From contig CALABZ010000086.1 in assembly GCA_937888615.1 (NCBI GenBank), forward strand, positions 342 through 64,341: DNA of 64,000 nt, read 5' to 3'. This stretch comes from an uncultured Lentisphaeria bacterium (GTDB taxonomy: Bacteria; Verrucomicrobiota; Lentisphaeria; Victivallales; Victivallaceae). The notes below the pieces were generated by a model. It saw only the letters and a list, made by a program, of their open reading frames with translations, searched no databases and was not told the origin of the DNA. Position numbers and translations under genes: made by a program. Below are positions 17,555-26,378 of the stretch, piece by piece; within the stretch, counting starts at the first letter, position 1; the number at the start of each line of letters is the position of its first letter.

Positions 17555-20500
17555 TTATTTCCTTATGTTGTTTGTTTTTCCGATGAATATCAAAGCCCCT
17601 TCGAACGGCGGGATATCGACATCGACGCCGTCCTTGTGAAGCGGGATTTCCCGGTCCGTCTTCAAGTCCACCGCCACCGAACCGGTTGGCGGAGCGAACT
17701 CCGCGGTCGTGCCGATGCGCCCGGAAACGGCTTTCGCGCTGTTATTCTGAATCGCCCAGACCATGCCCTTGTCGGCCCGCTGCCACAGGCTCATGCGCAA
17801 CGCCGGGGCAGTCTTCACCACCTTGTCTTTCAATTCCCAATACGGCACCCAGCGTGCTTTGCTGACGCCATATGAGGACAACTGGTTCTTGCGATGCAAT
17901 TCGTCGGCGTTCTGCGACCACTGCTTCGGAAACGGCGCCAGCGTGTTGACCCCGCTCCGGTACAGGTTGAACCACGCCGCCGCCCGCGGATACCACCCCG
18001 GATTCTTTTCGGCCAGATGCGGATGAATCAACTGGAGACAGATTTCCGTGGTGACGCCGCTGTTCCTGCCGGCGTAAATCGCCCGTGCCGCGTCGTCATC
18101 GATCAGCTCCGCCATGTCCACCCACGGGCGGTTGGTAAAGCCGAGATGCTCACCCAGAAACTGGGTCGTCACAAAAGCCGAGGTGGGAGGGGTGAACGTC
18201 ACGTGCGCTTTCACCACGCCGCCGTCCGGGATGAAAATATTGTAGATGCGCCGCGCCAGTTCGCGTATGCGCTCCACCGGAGTCGTGAAACCCCAGCTTC
18301 CATCCGGCATTTCATAGCCGCAGCCGAACGCCGGGTTGTTACTGCCGTTCAAGCCAAGGGAACCGTCCAGATAAACCCCTTCGATGCCGATTTCGCGCTT
18401 CAGCCGTTCCATGTTATAGACATAGTATTCGAGCTGGGGACTGGCCAGGCTGGCGATGTAGGTATTCATACGGGCCGGAGCATAATAACGGCTGCTGGCA
18501 TTGACATCGACCACGGTTTCGTCGATATAGTCCCGCATTTCCGGCACATCGGCGATTTCAAACCCGAAATACAGGAGAATCTTAATCCCGCGTTTCTTCG
18601 CCGCCGCCACCGCTTCCTTGACGATCGGTTCCCAGCGCGAGGAGCCCCCCGCCTGAATGTGACTCCAGTACTCAAAATAAATCATGTACTTAAAGCCGAG
18701 ATCGGCCAGTTCATCCAACTGGGTGCGGGCGTCGCTCTGCAGGGACAAGGGCCCGGCGAGCTGTTCGCCGCCGTTGAACGCAAGCGAATCCAGCAGGTAG
18801 GAGCCGGTGACACTGCCGAGTTCAAGACGAATCTTGCCGCCGAGCGCCGCCGGATCAATGCGTAATTTGCGCGGTTCGCCACCGTCGACGGAAAAAGCCA
18901 GTTCACTGCCTTCGCACGCGATCCGAACCTTATGCGCCTCATCCTTCGCCCACGGGGCGGGCTGGACCAGTTTTCCCCAGGGGGTAGAGAGAACCATCTC
19001 GCCGGTCTTGTTGACATAGTGCAGCGTTATTTTCGGCTTGCCCGGCACCGGGATGCCGAGAAGCAGGTCGTTGTAGGCGAAATACGGGAGCGGTTCGAGT
19101 TTATGATACGCCGCCAGGTCTTTCCCGGCCCGGAGCGTAAGCTCGAGATTCCATTTCTTCCCCGTCGTATCGAGTTCAAGTGTCTTCACCGCGTCGGGCT
19201 CCACGGCGGTCCGACCAAGCAACGGATTGAAACCGTGACAGATCCGTCCGCCCGCCTCGTAGTAATCATCAGGATACGGGCGCACCGGGGCCGCTTCCAT
19301 GAAAAAATGCCACTGCCGTTCTCCGGTAAAACCCTTGTCGGCATCATAGAAGTTCAGCCGAAGCAGTGCACCGCCGCCTTTCTGCGGGATGATTTCGACC
19401 ATCCTGCCGGGGCGGCTCTGCCAGTTCCCGTAGGTGTCGGTGGTGAAATAGAATCCGATATCATCACTGGCGATCCAGATTTCGGCGCGCCGGTTTTGCG
19501 GGGTCATCATGTCAAAGGCCAACGGCTTGTCCGGCAGTCTGCCGGCGGCGTCGCGGGACGAGGTTTCCAGCAACGGCTGAAGAAACTCCGCGCATTCAGA
19601 GCTGATGAATATTTCCAGCGCCACTTTTTTCAGCCCGGAACGCGGCCGGACCTTCAGCGTATACTTCATAAATCCATCGAAGTCCATGAACCCCGAGACA
19701 TCCACCGTCCCCACGGCGGAAACCGCCTCACCATTGAAATCCGCACGGGCCCCGCCCGGACTGCCTTTCAACATCAACGGCGCGGAAGCCTTGTTCACAT
19801 AGACGGTCCTGCCGTCGTCGCCGGTCAAGGCCAGACGAATGCCGTCGCGGCCGAGTACCGGCTTGCGCTGTGAGGTGATCGACTGCGGAAACAGGGCGTC
19901 TCGGAAACTGTAGGTGCGTCCCCAACAATTCAGACTGCCTCCATCCACCGTGACCGGCGTCCACGGTTTCGGTACGACATCGCCCACGGTCCCCGCGGTG
20001 GTATCGGCCCAGACCGGGCGCGGCGGAATTTCGAACGGATAATCCCGTACAATCGCCGCCTTGCCGCTTCGATCATATACGGTGAGCTCCGCCTTGTAGC
20101 TTGCCGCATTCTTCAAACCATCCATCATAATAAATATACGATGATCAAATCCGGTCAGCGGTTTGGAATAAGACTTCAATTCCCGTCCATCCCGGTCCAA
20201 CAGCCGCACCGATACTTTTTCCGGTTTCTGTCCGGCATCGGGCAGATGATGAGCGGTAATCCAGATGGAAGCGGCGCGGCGCACCGGATATTTCTTGATC
20301 TCCACCGAAATGTCGTTCGCCACGATGACCGGCTTGCATTCCTGCGCCAGCAATTTTCCGTCCGGGCCGGTCTGCATCACTGTCAACCAGTAACGTCCCG
20401 GTGCCACCGGTGGAAGCTGTAATGTCCAATTCCCCGCGTTTTTCAGGGTTTCCGAGGCCTGTGCCACGGCTCCGCGCCCGGTTTTATCGAAGTCGGTGAT

Positions 20501-21988
20501 GACGAAGCCGCCGAGGTTTTCGCGCCCCTCACCGTTGTTTTGTTCAGGGAACAGTAACGCCCGGACCATACCGGCAGTCTCCATCATCCCGGCGACATTG
20601 AACACGCTCGCCTGCCGGGTGATTCTGCCGAAACCGGCGGCGGGCGTCTTTTCCGTCCCGAACTCGATCGTGCCGAACTGCCCGTCAAGGTGATGATACT
20701 GGAAGTTCGGACTCCAGCAAAATCCGATATAATTCTCGCCGGCCAGGAACGCGCAGAAATTCGCCCCCCAGCGCGCCCCGGTCTTCGGAGCCGAAACCGC
20801 AAAATTCTTGAACGGAATAGCAAAGGTCGCACTCCACTGCTTGCCGTTCACCGCCGTATTTCCGCGCCAGTCGGCGTTCCATGAAAAAGTATGGCGCGGG
20901 GCCGCGTCGTCGCGCTGTCCGTTGCAGTTCAGCTTGAACTGATACGGATTCTTCGCCGCGCCCGGTATGGAAAAGATCACCTGTACGGCGTCATCCCGTT
21001 CCAGGCCGTCATCGCCTTTCGCCTCGGGGGGAGTCACGGCCAAGGGGGCGCGTTTCTGGTTCACGATAAACCCGACGTAGATATTTTCGTCGTCATATAA
21101 TAGATATGTGTTGAAATCAAGTTTGGCGGTAATCTCGAATTCGCCCCGGTAAACGGGGTTGGTCAGCACCGCCGCGCGTCCCCAGTCCCCGCCGCGCGGA
21201 ACGCCGTTCAACGGCGGCGGCTGCGATACTTTGGGAATGACGGCAAACGGACGTTCTTCAAAGCCGGACGCCGTCGCCTCCTGTTGCACTTTCGGCGGGG
21301 CCGCGTCATATTCAGGGATCGCCGCCAGACGCAGTTTTTTCATTGCGAAATCGCCTTCCCATTTCAAATCGTCGCTCCAGCCGCATGCGCCGAGGAACAG
21401 ATTGCCCGGCTTGAATCCGGCGGGCGCCTTGGTTTCCCCCAACACTTTGCCATCGACGGAAAGAATGACCCGGGTACCGTCATAAACGCACTTGATCCGG
21501 TAGTTCGTGTCCTTTTTCGCCACGAATTTTCCGTAGGGAGTTCCGGCCACATACCATTTGGAATCCTGCATGATGCCGAACTGAAGCCCGCGTTTGTCCA
21601 CCGTATAGCGGAAGAATATGTTCGGACCGCCGAGGATATACATGTCGCGGTTGAAACTCGGAGCATCGGTACGCATGGTAAGGTCGAATGAAATCGTAAA
21701 CGCCCCGTTGCGGATAAAATCTTTTTTCAATAACAATATAGGCTTCTTCCGGGTCAGAGCGGTGCGCGGCCGATAATCCAGCGCGCCGCTGCGGAACGCT
21801 ATCTGAGGCGAGGGCATCAGTTTCGAAAGACCACCTTCGACGGGTTTATCCACCGTCTCCCGGTCCGGGACAAAATTGTATTCATCCGCCGTTTTCTGAA
21901 TCGTGACCGGAACGGCCTTTCCCTGTCCGAAACAGCCGATCTGTAACAGCAGAACAGCCGTCATTAAACCATAAAATCTGATAAACAT
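17555..21988 (-). CDS. Giant secreted multidomain protein (LamG-like, CBM9-like, C-terminal TIM-barrel-like region)
   Basis: The start is moved to MFIRFYGLMTAVLLLQIGCFGQ (ATG at 21986-21988, RBS GAAGGG). LamG-like segment: AFTISFDLTM...YRIKCVYDGTRVILSVDGKVLGE. CBM9-like segment: YLLYDDENIYVGFIV...DDAVQVIF...YQFKLNCNG...WSATFAIPFKNF. C-terminal segment: KRGIKILLYFGFEI...IEGVYLDGS. Confidence 0.75.
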   Translation of the reverse strand: MFIRFYGLMTAVLLLQIGCFGQGKAVPVTIQKTADEYNFVPDRETVDKPVEGGLSKLMPSPQIAFRSGALDYRPRTALTRKKPILLLKKDFIRNGAFTISFDLTMRTDAPSFNRDMYILGGPNIFFRYTVDKRGLQFGIMQDSKWYVAGTPYGKFVAKKDTNYRIKCVYDGTRVILSVDGKVLGETKAPAGFKPGNLFLGACGWSDDLKWEGDFAMKKLRLAAIPEYDAAPPKVQQEATASGFEERPFAVIPKVSQPPPLNGVPRGGDWGRAAVLTNPVYRGEFEITAKLDFNTYLLYDDENIYVGFIVNQKRAPLAVTPPEAKGDDGLERDDAVQVIFSIPGAAKNPYQFKLNCNGQRDDAAPRHTFSWNADWRGNTAVNGKQWSATFAIPFKNFAVSAPKTGARWGANFCAFLAGENYIGFCWSPNFQYHHLDGQFGTIEFGTEKTPAAGFGRITRQASVFNVAGMMETAGMVRALLFPEQNNGEGRENLGGFVITDFDKTGRGAVAQASETLKNAGNWTLQLPPVAPGRYWLTVMQTGPDGKLLAQECKPVIVANDISVEIKKYPVRRAASIWITAHHLPDAGQKPEKVSVRLLDRDGRELKSYSKPLTGFDHRIFIMMDGLKNAASYKAELTVYDRSGKAAIVRDYPFEIPPRPVWADTTAGTVGDVVPKPWTPVTVDGGSLNCWGRTYSFRDALFPQSITSQRKPVLGRDGIRLALTGDDGRTVYVNKASAPLMLKGSPGGARADFNGEAVSAVGTVDVSGFMDFDGFMKYTLKVRPRSGLKKVALEIFISSECAEFLQPLLETSSRDAAGRLPDKPLAFDMMTPQNRRAEIWIASDDIGFYFTTDTYGNWQSRPGRMVEIIPQKGGGALLRLNFYDADKGFTGERQWHFFMEAAPVRPYPDDYYEAGGRICHGFNPLLGRTAVEPDAVKTLELDTTGKKWNLELTLRAGKDLAAYHKLEPLPYFAYNDLLLGIPVPGKPKITLHYVNKTGEMVLSTPWGKLVQPAPWAKDEAHKVRIACEGSELAFSVDGGEPRKLRIDPAALGGKIRLELGSVTGSYLLDSLAFNGGEQLAGPLSLQSDARTQLDELADLGFKYMIYFEYWSHIQAGGSSRWEPIVKEAVAAAKKRGIKILLYFGFEIADVPEMRDYIDETVVDVNASSRYYAPARMNTYIASLASPQLEYYVYNMERLKREIGIEGVYLDGSLGLNGSNNPAFGCGYEMPDGSWGFTTPVERIRELARRIYNIFIPDGGVVKAHVTFTPPTSAFVTTQFLGEHLGFTNRPWVDMAELIDDDAARAIYAGRNSGVTTEICLQLIHPHLAEKNPGWYPRAAAWFNLYRSGVNTLAPFPKQWSQNADELHRKNQLSSYGVSKARWVPYWELKDKVVKTAPALRMSLWQRADKGMVWAIQNNSAKAVSGRIGTTAEFAPPTGSVAVDLKTDREIPLHKDGVDVDIPPFEGALIFIGKTNNIRK

Positions 21989-22007
21989 AGATAAACCCTT
22001 CTTTCTT

Positions 22008-22988
22008 TTATTTTCTGCAAGACTCACGGACGATCAACTGCGGGGTCAACACCGTTTTTTCGACCGGGGTTTCGGGATTCCGCACCAGCGCCATCATTTT
22101 GTCCGCCAACACCTCGGCAATGCGCCGGGTTCCCACCTGGATCGTGGTCAGCGCCGGATACACATAGCCGCTGCAGCGAATATCGTCATAGCCGACAAAA
22201 CCAAGATCCGACGGGACATTCAGTCCACCGTTCCGGGCTTCGCGCATGGCGCTGATGGCAATGACGTCGTTATGCGTCACAAACACCTCAGGCAAGGCCC
22301 CGCCTTTAACCAGGAATTCACGAAAAACCCGGCTGCCGTCCTCGTAACTGACCATGCAGTTCAGCATCCATTCCTCGCGATACTCCAGGCCGTTCCGTTC
22401 CAAACGGTTTCGAAAAAGAGTCGGACGCGTAAGGTCGTCCATCAACGAGCCGATATAACCGATTTTACGGTATCCCCGGCTCAACAGGTGTTCGAAAATC
22501 AGATCGAACGACATCTCGTAGTCGGAAACGACCGAATGCAGTTTATCACTGATTCCGAATACCAGACACGGCAGTTTACAGGCGAAGAGCTCGGGAATCT
22601 CACCGCAATGAATCAAGCCGTCGATGCCGAGGTTCCCGATATTCTTCACATTGACACCGCGGTTTGTCAGCGAATCCCAGAACATGATATGGCTGTTGAA
22701 CCCGCGATCCTGCAGGAAACATTGCAGATAGAACAGCATTTCCGAATAGGAATCCTCGAAATAATAACTCGGGAAACAGATTCCAATCTGATAATTCAAC
22801 TTATTGACCAGACTGCAGGCGGCGCGGTTGGGTTGGTAATTCAGTTTTTTGGCAATCTGCCGGACCCGGGTGGCCTTTTCTTCCGAAACCCGGCTGTTTC
22901 CGGTATTGTGCAGTACCGACGAAACCGCCTGGAACGACACGCCGCTCAATTCGGCGATATCCTTGATCGTAACTCTTTTCTGTACCAT
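22008..22988 (-). CDS. LacI family transcriptional regulator
   Basis: N-terminal HTH VTIKDIAELSGVSFQAVSSVLHNTGNSRVSEEKATRVRQIAKKLNYQPNRAACSL, followed by a periplasmic-binding-protein-like sugar-binding core. Confidence 0.92.
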   Translation of the reverse strand: MVQKRVTIKDIAELSGVSFQAVSSVLHNTGNSRVSEEKATRVRQIAKKLNYQPNRAACSLVNKLNYQIGICFPSYYFEDSYSEMLFYLQCFLQDRGFNSHIMFWDSLTNRGVNVKNIGNLGIDGLIHCGEIPELFACKLPCLVFGISDKLHSVVSDYEMSFDLIFEHLLSRGYRKIGYIGSLMDDLTRPTLFRNRLERNGLEYREEWMLNCMVSYEDGSRVFREFLVKGGALPEVFVTHNDVIAISAMREARNGGLNVPSDLGFVGYDDIRCSGYVYPALTTIQVGTRRIAEVLADKMMALVRNPETPVEKTVLTPQLIVRESCRK

Positions 22989-23011
22989 AAAATTTTCCTC
23001 GAATCAGTTGA

Positions 23012-23065
23012 ACCGAACGTTCTATCAAAACACCGTGACTAAAAACCTGACCGAACGTTCTATCA
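23012..23065. promoter_or_regulatory. Two exact 16-bp direct repeats containing the palindrome GAACGTTC (candidate LacI operators)
   Basis: ACCGAACGTTCTATCA occurs at 23012-23027 and again at 23050-23065, starting 24 bp upstream of the LacI start codon. Central-CG palindromes are typical of LacI-family operators. Confidence 0.4.
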
Positions 23066-23227
23066 TGCTATTATTATATCGTCAACCCCGCGAATTGTCA
23101 ATACCCCGAAATAAAAAAAACGCCACTTGCCATAAAAATGTTCCATTCATAAAAAAAGATATATCGTTGGTTCCGTTGTTGAAAAACTGTTAACGATGTT
23201 GATTTTCGTATTCGGTGGCGACGGCGG

Positions 23228-23320
23228 TTGCGAAAAGTCGCAAAAATATCTTTTTTTTCTCAAACTTGATTTTTCATCGTTTCCCAGGGAACATTTCTTC
23301 GGGAAACGGTGTCTTTTTTA
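23228..23320 (+). terminator. Two tandem terminator-like hairpins in the long leader/intergenic region upstream of the SPFH operon
   Basis: TTGCGA-aaag-TCGCAA (23228-23243) with T8 at 23251-23258. CGTTTCCC-15 nt-GGGAAACG (23278-23308) with T6 at 23314-23319. No plus-strand gene lies upstream of them. Confidence 0.35.
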
Positions 23321-23446
23321 CGAACAAGGGGGTTCTTTCCCCGAATATTGGCAAGTTTTTTTCACAAAGGATTTGTTTTTAAGTAAAATATTGTATATTA
23401 TATTAAAAATGTCAACAGGAAACAACTACACAACCTAGAGGAACCA

Positions 23447-25378
23447 ATGGAAAACAACAAGAGGCTGCGCGAGCACTACGAGAAATCGGGGACATTGATG
23501 AAGCTCTCGATCATCGGGGGAGTTCTGAGTCTGATCGGAATGATCGTAGTCATAGTGCTGGGTATTTCGACATGGTCGAAATACGGGTCGTGGGCAGGGA
23601 GCGATGTTTTTGCCCTGATGGTGGTGCCGTTTGCCATGGCCACACTGTATGCGGTGGCTTCGGCGATTTACGGCAGCATGGCCAAAAGCGCCTACCTGGA
23701 GGAAGAGGAAAAAGCCGACCTCGAAAAACGCAAAGAAAGCATCTCCGCGTTCAATGTCAATGAAGATGTGCGTTTTACGGCGGGACGGGCGTTTAAAAAC
23801 TACAAGAAATACGGTCCTTATGTGATTGCGGCTCTCGGGTTGATCCTGATCGCCGCAATTTTGCTTTCATTCTCCCGTATGTGGCTCAACCGCCAGGCCG
23901 GGGTGATGCCGATCCCGATGGATTCCATGTATACGGTGGTGGTCTCGCTGGTTTTCATGCTTTTCAGTTTGCTTTTCGGCGCGTTCTTCATCGGCCAGTC
24001 CAAAGAGCCGATCTACCGCTGGCTGAGGCCGATGGGCGCGTGGATGATCGCCGCGTTCGTGGTTGCGATACTGTCCATGATCGGCGGGATATATTATCAC
24101 TACAAGATTCCGCAACCGAACCAGATTTTCACCCGTATCGTCTATATCAGTTATATTGTATTGGGGAGTGAGCTGGTATTCAGTTTCATTTCCGAATTCT
24201 ATCGCCCGCGCTCACTGGAAGTGCCGCGGCCGGTTTTTGAAAGCCGCCTCCTGGCGCTTTTCACCGAACCCGGCGGTGTGGCGCGGAATATCGCCAACAT
24301 GCTCGACTATCAGTTTGGGTTCAAAGTTTCCGGCACCTGGATTTACGGGTTTCTGGAACGGGCATTGTTCCCGCTGCTGATCATCTGGTTCCTGATCATC
24401 TGGCTTTTCACCTGTATCGCCGAGGTCGGCCCGAATCAGGCCGGGTTCCGCATGAGGTTTGGAGAAGTCCTCGATAAGAACAAGCCGCTGGAGTCCGGCA
24501 TCTACTTCAAACTGCCGTATCCTTTCGGCAAAATCCTGACGTATTCCTGCGATGAAATTTATCAGGTTTTCATCGGCGCCGCCATGTTCACCGAGGACGG
24601 CAAGCCCACCCGGCCCAGCACCGTGCTCTGGAACAAAGTTCATTACGCTTCCGAGGCCAAATATCTGATCGCCTCTCCCACCGATGACAAAAACTCGGTG
24701 CCGGTTTCACAGCTCACCAACAGCATTCCGGTCCAATACCGCATCCGCAAGAGTCAGCTTTACGATTATGCGTTCCGAAATCAGGACGTGTCAAAATTCC
24801 TGAAAGACATCGGTGAACAGGTCGCCGCCAAATACTTTGCCAGCGTGTCCATCTTCGACATCATGTCCGGCGGCCGCACCGAAGCGGCGACAGATCTCCG
24901 CAAAATGATCCAGGCCGAAGTCGATCATCTCGGCCTCGGCGTCGAAATCGTCCGGGTCAACATCCACGATTCGCACCCGCCGGCGGATGTCGCCAGCGAA
25001 TTCCAGAATGTGATTTCGGCCATGGAAGAGAAGGAAACCGAAATATACAAAGGCAAAGCCTATGCGAACCGGATCATCCCTGAAGCCCGTTCGGAAAAGG
25101 CCCGGCTGATCTCGGAAGCCACTTCCTACGCCTTTTATACGAAAACCGTCTCCCAGGCGGAAAGTGAACGTTTCAACCGTCAGTTGGTCGCCTACCGTGT
25201 GCTGCCGAACTACTTCATGTTGAGGACCTACCTCGACATGCTCGAGCAGAACCTTCAGAATGTCCGCAAATACGTGCTGGGTTCGTCCCTCGAATATGAA
25301 GTGTACGAATTCAACTTCGAGCGCAAAAGCCAGCTTGACCTGATCGATGCCGATCTGGATCAATTAGTGAGAAATTAA
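23447..25378 (+). CDS. SPFH/band-7 (HflK-like) protein fused to an N-terminal polytopic membrane domain
   Basis: About 6-7 hydrophobic helices in aa 1-325. An SPFH core follows (GPNQAGFRMRFGEVL...GIYFKLPYPFGKI...VEIVRVNIHDSHPPADVASEFQNV), then a HflK-like coiled C-terminus (KGKAYANRIIPEARSEKARLISEATSY). Confidence 0.8.
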   Translation: MENNKRLREHYEKSGTLMKLSIIGGVLSLIGMIVVIVLGISTWSKYGSWAGSDVFALMVVPFAMATLYAVASAIYGSMAKSAYLEEEEKADLEKRKESISAFNVNEDVRFTAGRAFKNYKKYGPYVIAALGLILIAAILLSFSRMWLNRQAGVMPIPMDSMYTVVVSLVFMLFSLLFGAFFIGQSKEPIYRWLRPMGAWMIAAFVVAILSMIGGIYYHYKIPQPNQIFTRIVYISYIVLGSELVFSFISEFYRPRSLEVPRPVFESRLLALFTEPGGVARNIANMLDYQFGFKVSGTWIYGFLERALFPLLIIWFLIIWLFTCIAEVGPNQAGFRMRFGEVLDKNKPLESGIYFKLPYPFGKILTYSCDEIYQVFIGAAMFTEDGKPTRPSTVLWNKVHYASEAKYLIASPTDDKNSVPVSQLTNSIPVQYRIRKSQLYDYAFRNQDVSKFLKDIGEQVAAKYFASVSIFDIMSGGRTEAATDLRKMIQAEVDHLGLGVEIVRVNIHDSHPPADVASEFQNVISAMEEKETEIYKGKAYANRIIPEARSEKARLISEATSYAFYTKTVSQAESERFNRQLVAYRVLPNYFMLRTYLDMLEQNLQNVRKYVLGSSLEYEVYEFNFERKSQLDLIDADLDQLVRN

Positions 25379-25415
25379 TCAGGAAATCATATAAAAACAA
25401 GGGAGCCTGCCAATT

Positions 25416-26360
25416 ATGAGCACAGAAGCCGAACTCGCAAAATCAAAGAAACCATGGGCTACGATTATTCTGGGCTTGATCGTCGCGGCCATCTTTTTAA
25501 CCGTGATCTTCTCCTACCAGGTGGAAGACCGCGAAACCGCTCTGGTCGTGACCACCTCCAGGGTATCCGATACCCCGGTCGGGCCGGGCTGGCATTTCCG
25601 CTGGCCTTATCCGATCCAGAAAATCGTCAAATTCGACAACCGTTACCGGATTTTCGACGGCAACGTCGGCAAACTGGAAGAAACCCTGACCAAGGACAGT
25701 CACAACGTCATCGTCGGAATCTTCACGATCTACTCCATCAAGGATCCGGTCACATTTTACCGGAAACTCGTTGATGTCACCAATGCCGAGGAAAACCTCA
25801 ACACCTGGATGCGCAGCGTGAAAACCGAAACCTTCGGCCGCTATGATTTCAACCAGTTGGTCAATGTCGATCCGGCCAAAATGAAACTCTCCCTCATGGA
25901 GAAGGAAATGACCGAGCACCTCGGCAAGATCACCACTCCCTACGGCATCGAAATTAAAATGGTCGGCATCAAAGCCATCAATATTCCGGAATCCGTCACC
26001 TCCAAAGTGTTTGACCGGATGAAGAGCGAACGCCAGGCCGAGGCTGAAATCTACCGTTCACAGGGTGCCGCCGAAGCCAAAATCATTCGCAACAACGCCG
26101 ATACCGACGCCAGCAATGTCCTGGCCGAAGCGGAAGCCGAAGCCCAGAAAATCCGCGCCAAAGGCGATGCCGAGGCCGCTCAATTCTATGCGGCTTTCAA
26201 GCAGGATCCGAAGTTGGCGTCTTTCCTGCGCAAACTTGAGGCTTTAAAGAAAGTCATGAAAGACAAGACCACCCTGATCATCGATACCAACACGGCTCCG
26301 TTCGATGTGCTGAAGGTCAACTCCGACTCCCTCGAACAACCCAAATCGGCCAACAAGTAA
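25416..26360 (+). CDS. SPFH/band-7 protein, HflC-like
   Basis: A single N-terminal TM helix (WATIILGLIVAAIFLTVIF), an SPFH core, and ERQAEAEIYRSQGAAEAKIIRNNADTDASNVLAEAEAEAQKIRAKGDAEAAQFY, a typical HflC C-terminal helix. Confidence 0.85.
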   Translation: MSTEAELAKSKKPWATIILGLIVAAIFLTVIFSYQVEDRETALVVTTSRVSDTPVGPGWHFRWPYPIQKIVKFDNRYRIFDGNVGKLEETLTKDSHNVIVGIFTIYSIKDPVTFYRKLVDVTNAEENLNTWMRSVKTETFGRYDFNQLVNVDPAKMKLSLMEKEMTEHLGKITTPYGIEIKMVGIKAINIPESVTSKVFDRMKSERQAEAEIYRSQGAAEAKIIRNNADTDASNVLAEAEAEAQKIRAKGDAEAAQFYAAFKQDPKLASFLRKLEALKKVMKDKTTLIIDTNTAPFDVLKVNSDSLEQPKSANK

Positions 26361-26378
26361 CCGGCGGAGGCCAGTTTT

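Noticed and set aside
23349-23364. Sigma-54-like motif TGGCAAGTTTTTTTCA upstream of the SPFH operon
   Set aside because: The -24 GG is present, but the invariant G of the -12 GC is a T (TTTC instead of TTGC). No enhancer-like palindromes or activator gene are nearby.
23196-23438. Listed 80-aa ORF in the SPFH leader region
   Set aside because: It runs through AT-rich DNA containing hairpins. The predicted product is Phe/Leu/Lys-rich and of low complexity, and there is no RBS before its ATG. It is more likely non-coding leader.
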